In this document: positions 30,071 to 41,121 of the stretch, piece by piece
Layout: every line of letters starts with the position of its first letter
Numbering within the stretch: position 1 is the stretch's first letter
From: Ignisphaera sp.
GTDB lineage: Archaea > Thermoproteota > Thermoprotei_A > Sulfolobales > Ignisphaeraceae
Assembly (NCBI GenBank): GCA_038821645.1
Contig: JAWBDT010000004.1
Location: 32,001 to 96,000 of the forward strand
DNA length: 64,000 nucleotides
Reading direction: 5' to 3'
Program-made: the position numbers and the translations under genes
The notes under the pieces: generated by a model
The model's database searches: none
Told to the model about the DNA's origin: nothing
The model's input: the letters and a program-made list of their open reading frames with translations, nothing else

Positions 30071-31057
30071 TTGACTAAAGCTATAGAGGTTAGAGACGTT
30101 ATCAAGAGGTATAGAGTTAAAAAGAGATTAGGGATTTTTAAGTCTATTACAGAATTCATTGATGCTTTAAAGGGGGTGAGCTTTACTGTAGACTATGGCG
30201 AGGTTGTGGGTCTTCTAGGACCTAACGGAGCTGGTAAAACAACAACAATAAAAATCTTATCGACACTCCTTCTTCCAGATGGTGGTGAAGCTTATGTAGC
30301 TGGCTATAATGTTGTTGAAGAGCAGAACGAGGTTAGAAAGAGAATAGGCATAATGCTGTCGGTCGAGAAAGGATTTTATGGTAAATTGACTGGACGAGAA
30401 AATCTAGAATATTTTGCAGCACTTTATGGACTAGATGGTAAGAGATCTAGAGAAAGAATAGATTATTTGTTGAAGCTTCTAGAGCTCGACAAACTTGGAG
30501 GCGATTATAAGCTCTTTGAAGAGTTTAGTTTAGGAATGAAGGCTAGATTAAGTTTAGCTAGAGCTCTTCTAAGTGATGCACCTATACTTCTTCTTGATGA
30601 ACCTACACTAGGGTTAGATCCACCTAGTGCACGAAAGATAAGAGAGCTTGTTAAAGATCTGGCTCGTAGAGAGAACAAGGCTATTCTGTATACTACTCAC
30701 AATATGTTTGAAGCTGAACTCGTATGTGACAAGATTCTCTTAATAAACAAGGGAAGAATAGTAGCTGATGGTACGCCACAAGAGCTTAAGTCTCGTATAC
30801 CAAAGCTTAAGGTAATTACATTGAATATCAGAGGAGAAGGATCCATAGATAAAGTTCTAAAGGATCTAGAGGAAAAGTACGAGTTTAAGGAAGAGGATGG
30901 CATCTATGAAGTTAGAATTCATGTTCGTAGACCTGAAGAAGTATTTAACGAAACTGTTAGAAAGTTCATAAATAATGGTTTCGAGATTCTATCTGCTAGA
31001 ATAGAAGAACCAACACTTGAAGATGTGTTTATATACTTTAGCGAGGGATCTAGTTGA
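30071..31057 (+). CDS. ABC-2 exporter ATP-binding subunit
   Basis: GPNGAGKTT, FSLGM, LLLDEPT, TTH motifs. Confidence 0.93.
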   Translation: MTKAIEVRDVIKRYRVKKRLGIFKSITEFIDALKGVSFTVDYGEVVGLLGPNGAGKTTTIKILSTLLLPDGGEAYVAGYNVVEEQNEVRKRIGIMLSVEKGFYGKLTGRENLEYFAALYGLDGKRSRERIDYLLKLLELDKLGGDYKLFEEFSLGMKARLSLARALLSDAPILLLDEPTLGLDPPSARKIRELVKDLARRENKAILYTTHNMFEAELVCDKILLINKGRIVADGTPQELKSRIPKLKVITLNIRGEGSIDKVLKDLEEKYEFKEEDGIYEVRIHVRRPEEVFNETVRKFINNGFEILSARIEEPTLEDVFIYFSEGSS

Positions 31058-31857
31058 GTTTCATAGTGTTGCTTAAAGCTGAATATATGCTTGTCTACAG
31101 CGAGATTATGAGAAGGAAATCAGCGTTAATGGCTATCATAATCTATCCATACCTTTTTGCAGGACTAACACTATTTGTAGGATTTTTTGCAGGATCTCCA
31201 CAATCTTTTGTAGAAAGAGTTGGTATAGATCCTATAGTATTTATGGTTACTGCAAGCTATATGATAATGGCTATAACAACTGGTGTAGATGATATACTTT
31301 GGAGACCATTGAGTGATTTGTGGATAGGTACGTTAATATATATCATTGCATCTCCTGTGAATAAGCTGAAGTTATTTATGGCTATGCCTATACCTAGACT
31401 AACTCTTCTCCTTATGATGGGTTTCACAAGCATACTTCCTGTATATGTAGCTTTCTATGGTCTATACGGAATATCTCTAACAATAGTTGTTATTGCTCTT
31501 TCAGCTATCGGTGCTCTAGTTATGACACCTTTAGGTATAGCTATCTCTGGATTAATGCATATAGTTAGCGATAGTTGGAGAATTCTCAACATAGTTAGAC
31601 CCTTGCTATTTGTGTTTCTAGGTGCATACTATCCAAGAATGTTTATGCCTTTAGTACTTCGATTAATAAGCTACTCTATACCGTCTTCATATACAGTTGA
31701 ATTAGTGCAGAGACTACTCATAGGTATAGCTAGTACAGATGTTATTATTCTCCTTGGACTATCTATAGCTCTTGCAACAATATATGTACCTCTAGGTAGA
31801 AGGAGCATAAGGTATTGGGAGAAAAAGAAGGTGAAAGAAGGTGTTAAAGCTCATTAA
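31054..31857 (+). CDS. ABC-2 exporter permease
   Basis: About 6 TM helices, GAYYP motif, coupled to ATPase. Confidence 0.85.
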   Translation: MSFIVLLKAEYMLVYSEIMRRKSALMAIIIYPYLFAGLTLFVGFFAGSPQSFVERVGIDPIVFMVTASYMIMAITTGVDDILWRPLSDLWIGTLIYIIASPVNKLKLFMAMPIPRLTLLLMMGFTSILPVYVAFYGLYGISLTIVVIALSAIGALVMTPLGIAISGLMHIVSDSWRILNIVRPLLFVFLGAYYPRMFMPLVLRLISYSIPSSYTVELVQRLLIGIASTDVIILLGLSIALATIYVPLGRRSIRYWEKKKVKEGVKAH

Positions 31858-32650
31858 GAGAGCCTATATGGTTTTCAAAGCCTATGCTGTTTCAGATCTA
31901 CTTAGAAGCAAAGGATTTGTGTTTGGTCTCGTCAGTATGTCCATATGGTTTACGCTGTTCATTTCACCAATAATTCTATTCATTGACTCGAGCTTCAATC
32001 CTAGAATAGCCTCATCCTACAGTTTTACAGCTATACTGATATTCTTATTCTATAGTGTAGCCACATGGGATTGGGCAGCAGAAGTAAGGTGGATGATAAA
32101 TGATGGAAGACTTGAATACTATATAGCTAGCGGAAGCGGGTTTCTTTGTCACTACTTAGGGATAATGCCTATATCGTTTATATGGATAGCGATGGCTATG
32201 TCCATAAACTATCTACTACTAACAGTTATATGGGGACCTCCAGAACTGCAGATATCTGATTTAAGACTGTTTATCTATGGATTCATACTACTTACAACAA
32301 ACCTAATATCTTATGCATTAGTACTTGGAGGAACAATGTTATCAAGTGGAGTAACAGGATTTGTAATGGAGATCATAGGCTTTATAACACCGATAGCTAC
32401 TGGTGGACTCACACCGCTAATCAATCTACCGAAACCTATACAGACATTTGCATTAATGACACCATTCAGTTATCCAGCCGAAATTATAAGGTATATTCTT
32501 CTTAAGTCACCAACAGTAATGAGTATACATGAATTATGCATTAGAGGAACACTATACTCTTTAGCATTTCTAGCTATATCCATAATCTACTTTAGATACC
32601 AATTGAAAAAGATCATGCGTGAAGGTGTAAGGGTTACAACATTATGGTAG
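31841..32650 (+). CDS. ABC-2 exporter permease
   Basis: About 6 TM helices, LP..IQ...TPFSY motif. Confidence 0.85.
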   Translation: MLKLIKRAYMVFKAYAVSDLLRSKGFVFGLVSMSIWFTLFISPIILFIDSSFNPRIASSYSFTAILIFLFYSVATWDWAAEVRWMINDGRLEYYIASGSGFLCHYLGIMPISFIWIAMAMSINYLLLTVIWGPPELQISDLRLFIYGFILLTTNLISYALVLGGTMLSSGVTGFVMEIIGFITPIATGGLTPLINLPKPIQTFALMTPFSYPAEIIRYILLKSPTVMSIHELCIRGTLYSLAFLAISIIYFRYQLKKIMREGVRVTTLW

Positions 32651-32921
32651 TCCATAGTGATTCATTATCTCGATATAGAGAAACTCTGAATAGAGCGATT
32701 TACTCTATGAATCTTTCTCCAAACAGTATATAGATTTCTCTATATATAGATGAAGTCTCTAGCTGTTAGAATTAAACAAAATCATAGGTGTATTGATTAT
32801 AAGAGCTATAGAGAGAATTACTCTATGAGAAGAGCATTTAATGTTCTTATCTAGACTAACTTAATATTTATCATTATAACATAAAGTATTTGTTTTAGTA
32901 ATTAAGATAGGTATTAAACAT

Positions 32922-33347
32922 ATGAGTTGGAGTAATGATGTGATAAAGCTTGTTATAGATAGAAAGTTGCTAGAAAATTTGGTAAAGCAGTGTGTAGATT
33001 ATCCATTTGAGAAAGTGTTTATAGGTATAGGGAAAGTAGAGGAAGGTGTATATAGTGTTGAGTATGTAAATGAGTGCAGAAATATAGCTCTAGAACCATT
33101 ATCAAGATTTGTAGCTGATCCGCAATGTATTCTCGATACATATCGTCTAGCTGAAGAAAGAGGTAAAGAGATAACAACATTAATACATAGTCATCCAGCT
33201 CCACCTAAACCAAGTTCTGAAGACATAAAGGGTATGAGGTTGTGGAGAATTCCATGGATTATAATCAATAGTTATAGTGGAGAGTATAAAGCATGGATAA
33301 TTCACAACGAATCTCTAGAGGAAGTCTATATAGAGTTTATACAATGA
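32922..33347 (+). CDS. JAB/MPN (JAMM) metalloprotease
   Basis: E...HSHP....PS.ED JAMM motif. Confidence 0.9.
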   Translation: MSWSNDVIKLVIDRKLLENLVKQCVDYPFEKVFIGIGKVEEGVYSVEYVNECRNIALEPLSRFVADPQCILDTYRLAEERGKEITTLIHSHPAPPKPSSEDIKGMRLWRIPWIIINSYSGEYKAWIIHNESLEEVYIEFIQ

Positions 33348-33508
33348 CTATACCCTGTACTAGATAATCAGCAGAGCTTCTCAGACTATGATTAAGAGTA
33401 TAGATGGTAGTGATATACTGTAGATAACTGTTCAAGAACTTGTCAAGAATATGATTAAATCCAAGAGTTATTAATCTTAAACTTGAGGCAGTAAATTAGG
33501 AATCGATA

Positions 33509-34906
33509 TTAGGTTAATGCTGTAGCTATTAAGAAGTATGTTGATACAGTAGCAATATCCCCTATACTTGTTACTACTGGAGCTGAAGCTGTTGCAGGAT
33601 CTATCTTCATTTTAGCTAGTATTATCGGCAGTAACGCTCCAATAATATCAGCTACATAACAAGATACTGCTAGAGCTATTGACACAATAGACGCTATTCT
33701 TAGTGAATACATTAAGTTCATTGTGTTAATGTATGGTATTGTGAAACCTATCGTAAATGCTAATGGTGCTAAAAACATTAGCATAAATGTTGTTGTTACA
33801 AATTCTTTGAGTACAACTTTAGCTATATCGTTTTTAGATAATCTAATCTCTCCTGTAACAAGACCCCTCAAAATTAATGCTGTTGCTTGTGAGCCTATGT
33901 TACCTGAATTATCTGCCAACATAGGCATGAAGGCTGCAAGTACAGCTACTTTCTGGATAACGTTCTCAAATGTGGCAACTATCCCTCCAGTCACCATATT
34001 TATAAGGTATAGATATATCAACATAGGTATTCTTCGGATAGCTAATCTGAATGGATGTAAAGCTATATAGCTACCACGTATAGTCTCTATAAAACCTCCA
34101 TACTTCAGAAGATCTTCTGAATATTCGCTAACCATTACATCGAGAAGATCATCTAGAGACACTATGCCTAGGAATCGTCCATCGAGATCTACAACTGGAA
34201 CTTCTACGAGATCGTAAGCAATGGCTATTCTAGCAGCTTCTTCTCTATCACTAAAGGGATCTATATGTATTTGTACTTTCTCTACACATTTACTTAGCTT
34301 TATATCTCTAGGTCTTGTTAAAAGCATCTTTACATCAATGTATCCCACAAGTTTTTTATCTCTATCAACAACATATATATGGTTATGTTTATCGTAGAGA
34401 CCAAGCTTCATCTTATTTATATATAGATCTATGGCTTCACCCACAGTCATATATTCTTCAAAAACAGGTACCTGAGTAGTCATTATACCTCCAACGCTTT
34501 CAGGTGGAAACTTCATAACCTTTGCAACTTCTGATGAAAGTCCACTTGGTAGAACCTTTAGTAGCTCAGTCCTCATTTTAGATGGAAGTTTAAAGAGAAC
34601 ATCAGCAATTTCATCTACAGGTAGTTTAGATAAAATCTTAGCTATATCGTCAATACCTTTAACAGAAGCAATTTCATACACAATCTCGTCGGGTAGACGG
34701 GCTAAAACTTCAATCAGATTATCAAGTTCTGTAGCTGTAAACAACTTCATTCTTTCATCGCTATCAAGTCTTAAAACAATATCCATAGCCTTAGGAGGAT
34801 CAAGAGAATTAAATAGTTTGGCAGCTTCATCAAGCTTACCTTCCTTAATAAATCTCGAGATAGTGTCTATGATTTCTCCTATGTTGTTAAACATTACTTT
34901 AGCCAT
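33509..34906 (-). CDS. mgtE: Magnesium transporter MgtE
   Basis: N domain, CBS pair, GNIGSQ and DPATASAP motifs; start 34906 preferred over 35008. Confidence 0.93.
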   Translation of the reverse strand: MAKVMFNNIGEIIDTISRFIKEGKLDEAAKLFNSLDPPKAMDIVLRLDSDERMKLFTATELDNLIEVLARLPDEIVYEIASVKGIDDIAKILSKLPVDEIADVLFKLPSKMRTELLKVLPSGLSSEVAKVMKFPPESVGGIMTTQVPVFEEYMTVGEAIDLYINKMKLGLYDKHNHIYVVDRDKKLVGYIDVKMLLTRPRDIKLSKCVEKVQIHIDPFSDREEAARIAIAYDLVEVPVVDLDGRFLGIVSLDDLLDVMVSEYSEDLLKYGGFIETIRGSYIALHPFRLAIRRIPMLIYLYLINMVTGGIVATFENVIQKVAVLAAFMPMLADNSGNIGSQATALILRGLVTGEIRLSKNDIAKVVLKEFVTTTFMLMFLAPLAFTIGFTIPYINTMNLMYSLRIASIVSIALAVSCYVADIIGALLPIILAKMKIDPATASAPVVTSIGDIATVSTYFLIATALT

Positions 34907-35184
34907 TTTATCGCCTTTAGAGTAAAGATTATCCATAATATTAAGTTTTATAGTTTCGTAAGTATTTATGGGCTGATTTATTGATTGATATGTTTTATCC
35001 ATTATCAAGCTGAGTTCTCTACCTAAATATCATGAACACTAAGTTTCAGAAAAAGATCTATCTATAGATCTATTGATGTAGTACTGTAAATTCTTAGAGA
35101 AATCACTATATTTGAACATTGCTAAAATGATACTTAATGGATATAATATATGGCTAGATTAATGAATAGATCTCTATAGATTAT

Positions 35185-36030
35185 TTACTTCTTTATAATA
35201 TAGTCCTCAAGCTTCTTATATGAATCCCTATATTCGTTATCTTCTTCAAAACCACGCCTACATTCTACACCTATATCTCTACACAGTTTAGACACTTTGG
35301 CGTAGAATTCATGCCACTGATATCTAGAGCTTGTAATGACGATATCATGCCACTGATGATCAATCCACATAAATCTCTTGATCCTAAGCTTATCCACATA
35401 AACTATGCTTCTGGTTTCTCTAGCTATCTCCAAAACATGCTGAATTTTATCGAAATCGTCGTTATATCCAGGTATTACAGGTCCATAGAAAATCCATGTC
35501 TTGAGACCAGAAGTAGAGAGTTTCTTTAAAGCATTTATACGTGCTGAAGGAGGTGATGAATATGGTTCAAAGCGATTCATAGGTGATGTATCTTCTACAG
35601 AAGTAATAGTTATACCTATGTCTATCAAGTTTCTGTATCTTAGAAATAGATCTAGATCCCTCAAGATTTGCGAACTCTTGGTCTGAATACTTACCTTAAA
35701 TCCATGTCTAACTAGAATCTCTACAGCCTTTCTAGTGAGTCTATATAGAGCTTCAATAGGTTGATAAGGATCTGTTATAGTTCCAATACCTATAGTTCCT
35801 TTCTTGACTTTCTTAATCTCCTTCATTAAAATCTCAATTAAGTTCTTCTTTATAGCTACAGTACTACCCCAGTTATCAACTACTTCACGAAGATTTGTAT
35901 ACATTTTTGCATAACAGTAGAGACAGCCATGGCTACAACCTATATAGGGATTCAATGCATAATCTATATCGGGTAGCCCTGAATTCGATAAAGCTCTCTC
36001 TACAGTTATCTCTAGTACCTTTATTCTCAT
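35185..36030 (-). CDS. Radical SAM protein, SplB/photolyase-like family
   Basis: NPYIGCSHGCLYCYA, TDPYQP motifs. Confidence 0.88.
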   Translation of the reverse strand: MRIKVLEITVERALSNSGLPDIDYALNPYIGCSHGCLYCYAKMYTNLREVVDNWGSTVAIKKNLIEILMKEIKKVKKGTIGIGTITDPYQPIEALYRLTRKAVEILVRHGFKVSIQTKSSQILRDLDLFLRYRNLIDIGITITSVEDTSPMNRFEPYSSPPSARINALKKLSTSGLKTWIFYGPVIPGYNDDFDKIQHVLEIARETRSIVYVDKLRIKRFMWIDHQWHDIVITSSRYQWHEFYAKVSKLCRDIGVECRRGFEEDNEYRDSYKKLEDYIIKK

Positions 36031-36223
36031 ACATCTACCACTTTAACTTGCCCTATATTTAACTAAGTAATAAGCTTCAAACATAGATATATCAACCAGA
36101 TTTACGAGAACACAATGATTATAGGTAAATGATTCACAATATTAATGCTGTATCAAATCTTATAAACAGGTATTTCTAGATGATCTAACTGAATAGTATA
36201 CAAAAGGTATAAAGGTTATTGCC

Positions 36224-36439
36224 GTGGATTTTCATGTATGTATGAAACATGTATGTCTAGAGCTCTCAGAAGATTTGGGTCTATTGACTATAAGTAGATA
36301 CGAAGAAAACCATATTGAGGTTTTCAGAGTAGAGCTAGATGATGTAGATGAAGCTATAGAGATTTTGGAAGAAATAGCTGAACTCGCAAATACTGTTGTT
36401 CAGTATCTTAAAGAACTTAAGCTAGTAAAAGGCTTCTAG
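36224..36439 (+). CDS. Small acidic hypothetical protein
   Basis: 71-aa ORF with host-like composition. Confidence 0.55.
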   Translation: MDFHVCMKHVCLELSEDLGLLTISRYEENHIEVFRVELDDVDEAIEILEEIAELANTVVQYLKELKLVKGF

Positions 36440-36518
36440 CATTATTCATTAAAACAAACCTTTAAACCTGTTTAATAATTAAATAATAAGTAGTAAGGAT
36501 GTACTACTGTGGTTATAT

Positions 36519-37394
36519 ATGGCTTCTAGTGATATTCTCTATAAAGTTTGTAGAGATGAATATGAGGCATACACTTTATATAGAGCGTTAACGAAATCTA
36601 GATGGGGTAAGAAGTATAGAAGTATCTTAGAGAAGGCAGCTGAAGATGAGCTTCACCACTATAGGTTTTGGACAAGTGTTGTAGGAAAATGTACAACGAA
36701 TTTCACTAGGATCAAAGTGCTTCTATACACAATTGTGCTATATCTTTTCGGTTTAACGGTTACACTAAAGTTTATAGAATCTAGAGAAACAGATGCGTCA
36801 AGGATCTATAGAGAATTATCTGAATCCAGACCTGATTTAAAGGATAGTTTAAGCAAGATTATAGGTGATGAGGAAAGACATGAAGCAGAATTTGCTTCAA
36901 GTATAGATGAAGGTAGGGTTAGGTATCTAGGCTCTATAACTTTAGGTATTTCTGATGCACTTATAGAATTAACAGGTATATACACAGGTTCTCTAGGAGC
37001 TTTTGAAAATACTATTAGTGCAGGTCTAACAGGATTTCTAGCTGGTGTAGCAGCATCTATATCTATGGGTATTGCTTCTTATTCTCAAGCTAAACATGAA
37101 GCTTATAAGAATCCCAAGCTATCTGCTTTATATACATCTATTGCATATCTGATTGTTGTTATTCTTCTAGCTTTACCGTACTTTGTTATAAAGTCAATGA
37201 TTTTTGCATTCATGGCTATGGTGATTATAGCTATAGTTGTTGTAGCTTATATGACGTTCTATACAACTGTACTACATAATAGAAACTATTTAAGAGAATT
37301 TATAGAGACTACAACTATGATCTTAGGTGTATCGCTACTACTCTATATATTAGGCTCGATATTAGGTAAATTAATAGGGATAGAAATTAAGTAA
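36519..37394 (+). CDS. Rubrerythrin/ferritin-like domain fused to VIT1/CCC1 transporter domain
   Basis: DE..H di-iron motifs twice; GISDALIE and AASISMG VIT1 motifs. Confidence 0.85.
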   Translation: MASSDILYKVCRDEYEAYTLYRALTKSRWGKKYRSILEKAAEDELHHYRFWTSVVGKCTTNFTRIKVLLYTIVLYLFGLTVTLKFIESRETDASRIYRELSESRPDLKDSLSKIIGDEERHEAEFASSIDEGRVRYLGSITLGISDALIELTGIYTGSLGAFENTISAGLTGFLAGVAASISMGIASYSQAKHEAYKNPKLSALYTSIAYLIVVILLALPYFVIKSMIFAFMAMVIIAIVVVAYMTFYTTVLHNRNYLREFIETTTMILGVSLLLYILGSILGKLIGIEIK

Positions 37395-37403
37395 ACAGGA
37401 TAT

Positions 37404-37456
37404 AGGTGATGTGCTCAGGCGGCACTGAACTGTGATGTAATCAGTCTTGGCTGATC
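37404..37456 (+). ncRNA. Box C/D guide sRNA
   Basis: C GTGATGT 37406-12, D' CTGA 37425-28, C' GTGATGT 37432-38, D CTGA 37451-54; 12-nt guides. Confidence 0.8.
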
Positions 37457-37459
37457 AAA

Positions 37460-37993
37460 TTGAAGAGAAGAACACACAATATCTTTAGCTTCGCTATAGC
37501 TCTATGGATATCCACATACCTACATATAATAGACAGTCTAATCTACGCTATATCTATATCACTATTTTTTGCTATAGCTTTGAATTGGCTTATAGATAGT
37601 CTAGCAGGACACAAGGGTATGAGGAGGACACCATATACACATTCACCAATTGGTGTCTTAATGCTTTCTCTACTCTTGGTAGCGTCTATGGCTATAGTCT
37701 TACGTACTATTGGAGCAAATATGTCGTTACATGAGTTTCTAGACCTCTTGCTCTTAGCATATATTGTTGGTGCATCCCATCTATTTCTAGATATGCTTAC
37801 AGCAGATGGTGTGTACCTTATATGGCCTTTTGGCAACACTAAGATCTCGCTTCTAAAGGCTAGATACGACAATAGGTTGCTCAACAATTTTGTACAGTTC
37901 TTATCAATAGTAATCATAGTTCTATTAATTCTCAAGCTATCTGGTTATAATATATTCAGTTATTTAAAGTTTTTAACCTTGATATATGGATAA
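37460..37993 (+). CDS. Membrane-bound metal-dependent hydrolase (YdjM-like)
   Basis: TH, THS, SHLFLD.LT..G...WP motifs. Confidence 0.8.
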   Translation: MKRRTHNIFSFAIALWISTYLHIIDSLIYAISISLFFAIALNWLIDSLAGHKGMRRTPYTHSPIGVLMLSLLLVASMAIVLRTIGANMSLHEFLDLLLLAYIVGASHLFLDMLTADGVYLIWPFGNTKISLLKARYDNRLLNNFVQFLSIVIIVLLILKLSGYNIFSYLKFLTLIYG

Positions 37994-38051
37994 AATTCTA
38001 AGAACAGATAAATCCAACTCTATTACTAGATCCGGCTCATGAATAGCCATA

Positions 38052-38558
38052 ATGTGGGGACTAAGGATGAAGCTTCGCTATTCACGTATAGTTAAAATGG
38101 CTATGGTTGCAGCAATATATGCCGCTCTAACAATGGGTTTAGCGCCTATAAGTTATGGACCTATACAAGTTAGGATTGCTGATGCTCTACTGCCTCTACC
38201 ATATCTAGAATTCTTTGGATTATCTTCTGCTATAGGACTTTCATTAGGTTGTGCTCTTGCTAATATGCTTTCTCCTTACGCTATATACGATATAGCTATA
38301 GGTTCGATAGCAAATCTATTTGCTGGTACAGTTGCATGGTTTATAGGTAAAATCTATAGGAGAAGCCTATATGGTGTAATCCTTGCGTCACTTGCTCAAA
38401 CAGCTATAGTGACATTTATGGTTGGATATTTGTTGCTACATCTATTGTTTAATGTAGAGCTAAGTATAGCTATTTTAGGGGTTTTTAGCGGTAGCATAAT
38501 CAGTATATCTATCTTAGGTACAATGCTAGTTATGTTTCTAATGAGAAGAGTGGCTTAG
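38052..38558 (+). CDS. queT: QueT-family ECF S component (queuosine/archaeosine precursor transporter)
   Basis: AAIYAALT...APISYGPIQVRIA, GL.LGC..AN motifs. Confidence 0.8.
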   Translation: MWGLRMKLRYSRIVKMAMVAAIYAALTMGLAPISYGPIQVRIADALLPLPYLEFFGLSSAIGLSLGCALANMLSPYAIYDIAIGSIANLFAGTVAWFIGKIYRRSLYGVILASLAQTAIVTFMVGYLLLHLLFNVELSIAILGVFSGSIISISILGTMLVMFLMRRVA

Positions 38559-38559
38559 A

Positions 38560-39261
38560 TTGATAGAGGTACGGAATATTGTAGTTGAATTTAGTGGAAA
38601 AACTATACTAAAGAATATATCGCTAGATATCAGTAAAGGACTTTACCTATTGCTAGGGAGAAATGGTTCAGGAAAAACAACGTTACTAAAGACCATTAGC
38701 GCTCTTGTTAAGCCTACACAAGGTTTTGTGAAAGTTTATGGAAAAGATATACATAAGCTTTCTAGAAAGGAGATAGCAAAACTTGTTGGTTATGTTTGGC
38801 AAAATCCTTATGCAGGATTTGTAGAAGCTTCTGTAGAAGATGAAATTAGATTCAGTTCTAGTGTGCTTGGGGTTGATCTAAATATGGATATAGTTGAGAT
38901 GCTTGTACCTAGACATATCATTGATAGAGATCCTTTTACACTTAGTGGTGGTGAAGCAAAAAGAGTATCTATAGCAAGTGTATTAGCTATTGATCAACCG
39001 GTATGGCTTCTCGATGAACCTTTCGATTATCTTGATAGTGAAGGTGTAGAAGCTGTTGTTAATGTCGTTAAATATGGTTTAGAGAGAGGAAAAACTATTG
39101 TTATTGCTTCAACTAATACAGGATTCATAGAGTTAATCAAGCCTGATAGTGTGATTATAATAGATAGTGGTATTATTGTCTATAGAGATGTATTGAAGAA
39201 TTTATCAGAAGATATGTTAAAGAGGTTCGGGATACCGTCTAAGGGGATGTTGTGTGGCTGA
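38560..39261 (+). CDS. ECF transporter ATPase
   Basis: GRNGSGKTT, QNP, LSGGE, LLDEP. Confidence 0.88.
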   Translation: MIEVRNIVVEFSGKTILKNISLDISKGLYLLLGRNGSGKTTLLKTISALVKPTQGFVKVYGKDIHKLSRKEIAKLVGYVWQNPYAGFVEASVEDEIRFSSSVLGVDLNMDIVEMLVPRHIIDRDPFTLSGGEAKRVSIASVLAIDQPVWLLDEPFDYLDSEGVEAVVNVVKYGLERGKTIVIASTNTGFIELIKPDSVIIIDSGIIVYRDVLKNLSEDMLKRFGIPSKGMLCG

Positions 39262-39832
39262 ACTTGTTGAAGAAGTTCTAGAGATTCAGTATGGTAGAAC
39301 ATTTCTTCATAGCTATAGAGCTATATATCTAAAGACAGTCTTGGTTTTAATGACACTGGTCTCTAGAGCTCTAGGGCTTTACGTAATGATCATTGTACTG
39401 ATCTTCAATACAATCATGCTTGCTTATGCAGGAGCTTTACGTTTGTATCTACGTGTGTTATTGTTGTGGTTAATGCTCTCGAGCATAATCATAGCTATAG
39501 ACTACTTGTTTGCATCACTATCTCTCATAGTTTTTTTAAATCTTTTATATGGTTTTACAAGTTTTACATCTCTAGCCTTATTTTTTATTACAACACCTCC
39601 TCAGCATATAAGGAAGGTTGTAGGATTCAATGTGTTATCACTTTCCTATCTCTTCTTGAGGTTAGCCTTAAGAGATGTGGTAGATATTGTTGATGCTCTA
39701 AGAGCTAGAGGATGGAGTGTTAGAGGTAATCCTTTAAAGCATGTATATGCACTTAGAGCTGTAGGCAATTCTCTCATAACGAAGATCAATTACTCTATAG
39801 ATAGCATTAGAGCTAGAGGTTTAGAAGAGTAA
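39254..39832 (+). CDS. ECF transporter T component
   Basis: TM helices plus two ARG motifs (LRARG, IRARG). Confidence 0.8.
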   Translation: MAELVEEVLEIQYGRTFLHSYRAIYLKTVLVLMTLVSRALGLYVMIIVLIFNTIMLAYAGALRLYLRVLLLWLMLSSIIIAIDYLFASLSLIVFLNLLYGFTSFTSLALFFITTPPQHIRKVVGFNVLSLSYLFLRLALRDVVDIVDALRARGWSVRGNPLKHVYALRAVGNSLITKINYSIDSIRARGLEE

Positions 39833-39841
39833 TTTGAGTAG

Positions 39842-40999
39842 TTATTGAAGATAGTATTTGATGAAGTATATTAGTGATAGAAATGATGAGACAGGGTAAA
39901 GTATGCACAATACTTGTGGCCCTAAGAAATCGTATAGAGCACCACCAATAATATTCCCTATAGCCCAAGCTGTGCCCCACACAAATCCAAGCCAACCAAA
40001 TCCTAATGCTCTCTCATTTACTGATGACGCTATATCAGCTACAGCTGCTCTCAAGACAGATTCATAACTACAGAGAACTATACCGTATAGAGCTGAAGCT
40101 ATAACTAACAGTATTATGTTTCTAGATATGAGCATTAGCGGTGCTATGAACATTGAGGCCAAGGGTATCAATACGAGTATAGATACACCGTATCTATCGT
40201 ATGCTATACCTAGAGGTAGTGCAACAAGAGCGTCAACGATCATCGCTATTGCATAGAGAGCAGGTATATAGCCTTCGGGTACAACATGTGTGTACTTCAG
40301 ATGGTATGAAGCTATGCCCCAGTGAATTAATCCGAAGCTTAATAGTGCTGTAAAAATCATATATGTTTTGAGGGATCTATTGTTAGCTATATCGAGAGAT
40401 CTGATTGAACCGTTTTTCGCAAAACCTATATTTGGGTATAGAAAGGAAGAAATAGTAATCAGAATTACAGCTATTAGAGCAATAGGTAGAAGAGATACAT
40501 ATGCATAGGAGTATCCTTTTCCATAGGTTAATGCATAACTAACCATAAGGGGTCCAAGAAGAGCTCCCACTTGATCTAGAAGTTCATGGATACCAAATCC
40601 CTTTCCTCTACCTATTGCTTTATCTGTTATATCAGCTATTAGTACATCTCTTGCGGGAGATCTAAGACCTTTACCAATCCTCTCTATAAGGTAGAGTAGT
40701 AATGCTATGTACCAGTTATTAACGAAAGCTAAGAAAGGTATGGCTACAACTAGTGCATAACCAAGAATTATTATAGACCATAAAAGCTTACTACTTCTCC
40801 TCATAGATACGACAAGACTTGCGGGAAGTCTGAGAGCGTAGCCTAGGAATTCGCCTAGAGCAAGAAGACCTGCAGCTATAGCGGGTGCTCTGAGATGCTC
40901 GAGGAATTGTCCAGAGATAGACCTACCACCCTCATAAGCTACATCTGCTGTTAGAGAAACTAAGGATAAGAGTATAAACACTATAATCAATCTATCCAT
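39842..40999 (-). CDS. MFS transporter
   Basis: 12-TM pattern, ERIGKGLRSPARD, DQVGA.GP. Confidence 0.88.
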   Translation of the reverse strand: MDRLIIVFILLSLVSLTADVAYEGGRSISGQFLEHLRAPAIAAGLLALGEFLGYALRLPASLVVSMRRSSKLLWSIIILGYALVVAIPFLAFVNNWYIALLLYLIERIGKGLRSPARDVLIADITDKAIGRGKGFGIHELLDQVGALLGPLMVSYALTYGKGYSYAYVSLLPIALIAVILITISSFLYPNIGFAKNGSIRSLDIANNRSLKTYMIFTALLSFGLIHWGIASYHLKYTHVVPEGYIPALYAIAMIVDALVALPLGIAYDRYGVSILVLIPLASMFIAPLMLISRNIILLVIASALYGIVLCSYESVLRAAVADIASSVNERALGFGWLGFVWGTAWAIGNIIGGALYDFLGPQVLCILYPVSSFLSLIYFIKYYLQ

Positions 41000-41121
41000 T
41001 TTAAACCCGTATTATGCACTACCATTTCTATTTCCAGAATATTGAGTCTGTCACATATTTAAGCCTTTATAGTAAGGTGAGTAAATCAGTAAGCAGTATC
41101 CGGAGATAGGTGTTCCTATAG

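Noticed and set aside
38030-38051. Small hairpin GGCT-N7-AGCC upstream of queT as a possible preQ1 riboswitch
   Set aside because: Only 4 bp, lacks the preQ1-I loop consensus and A-rich tail
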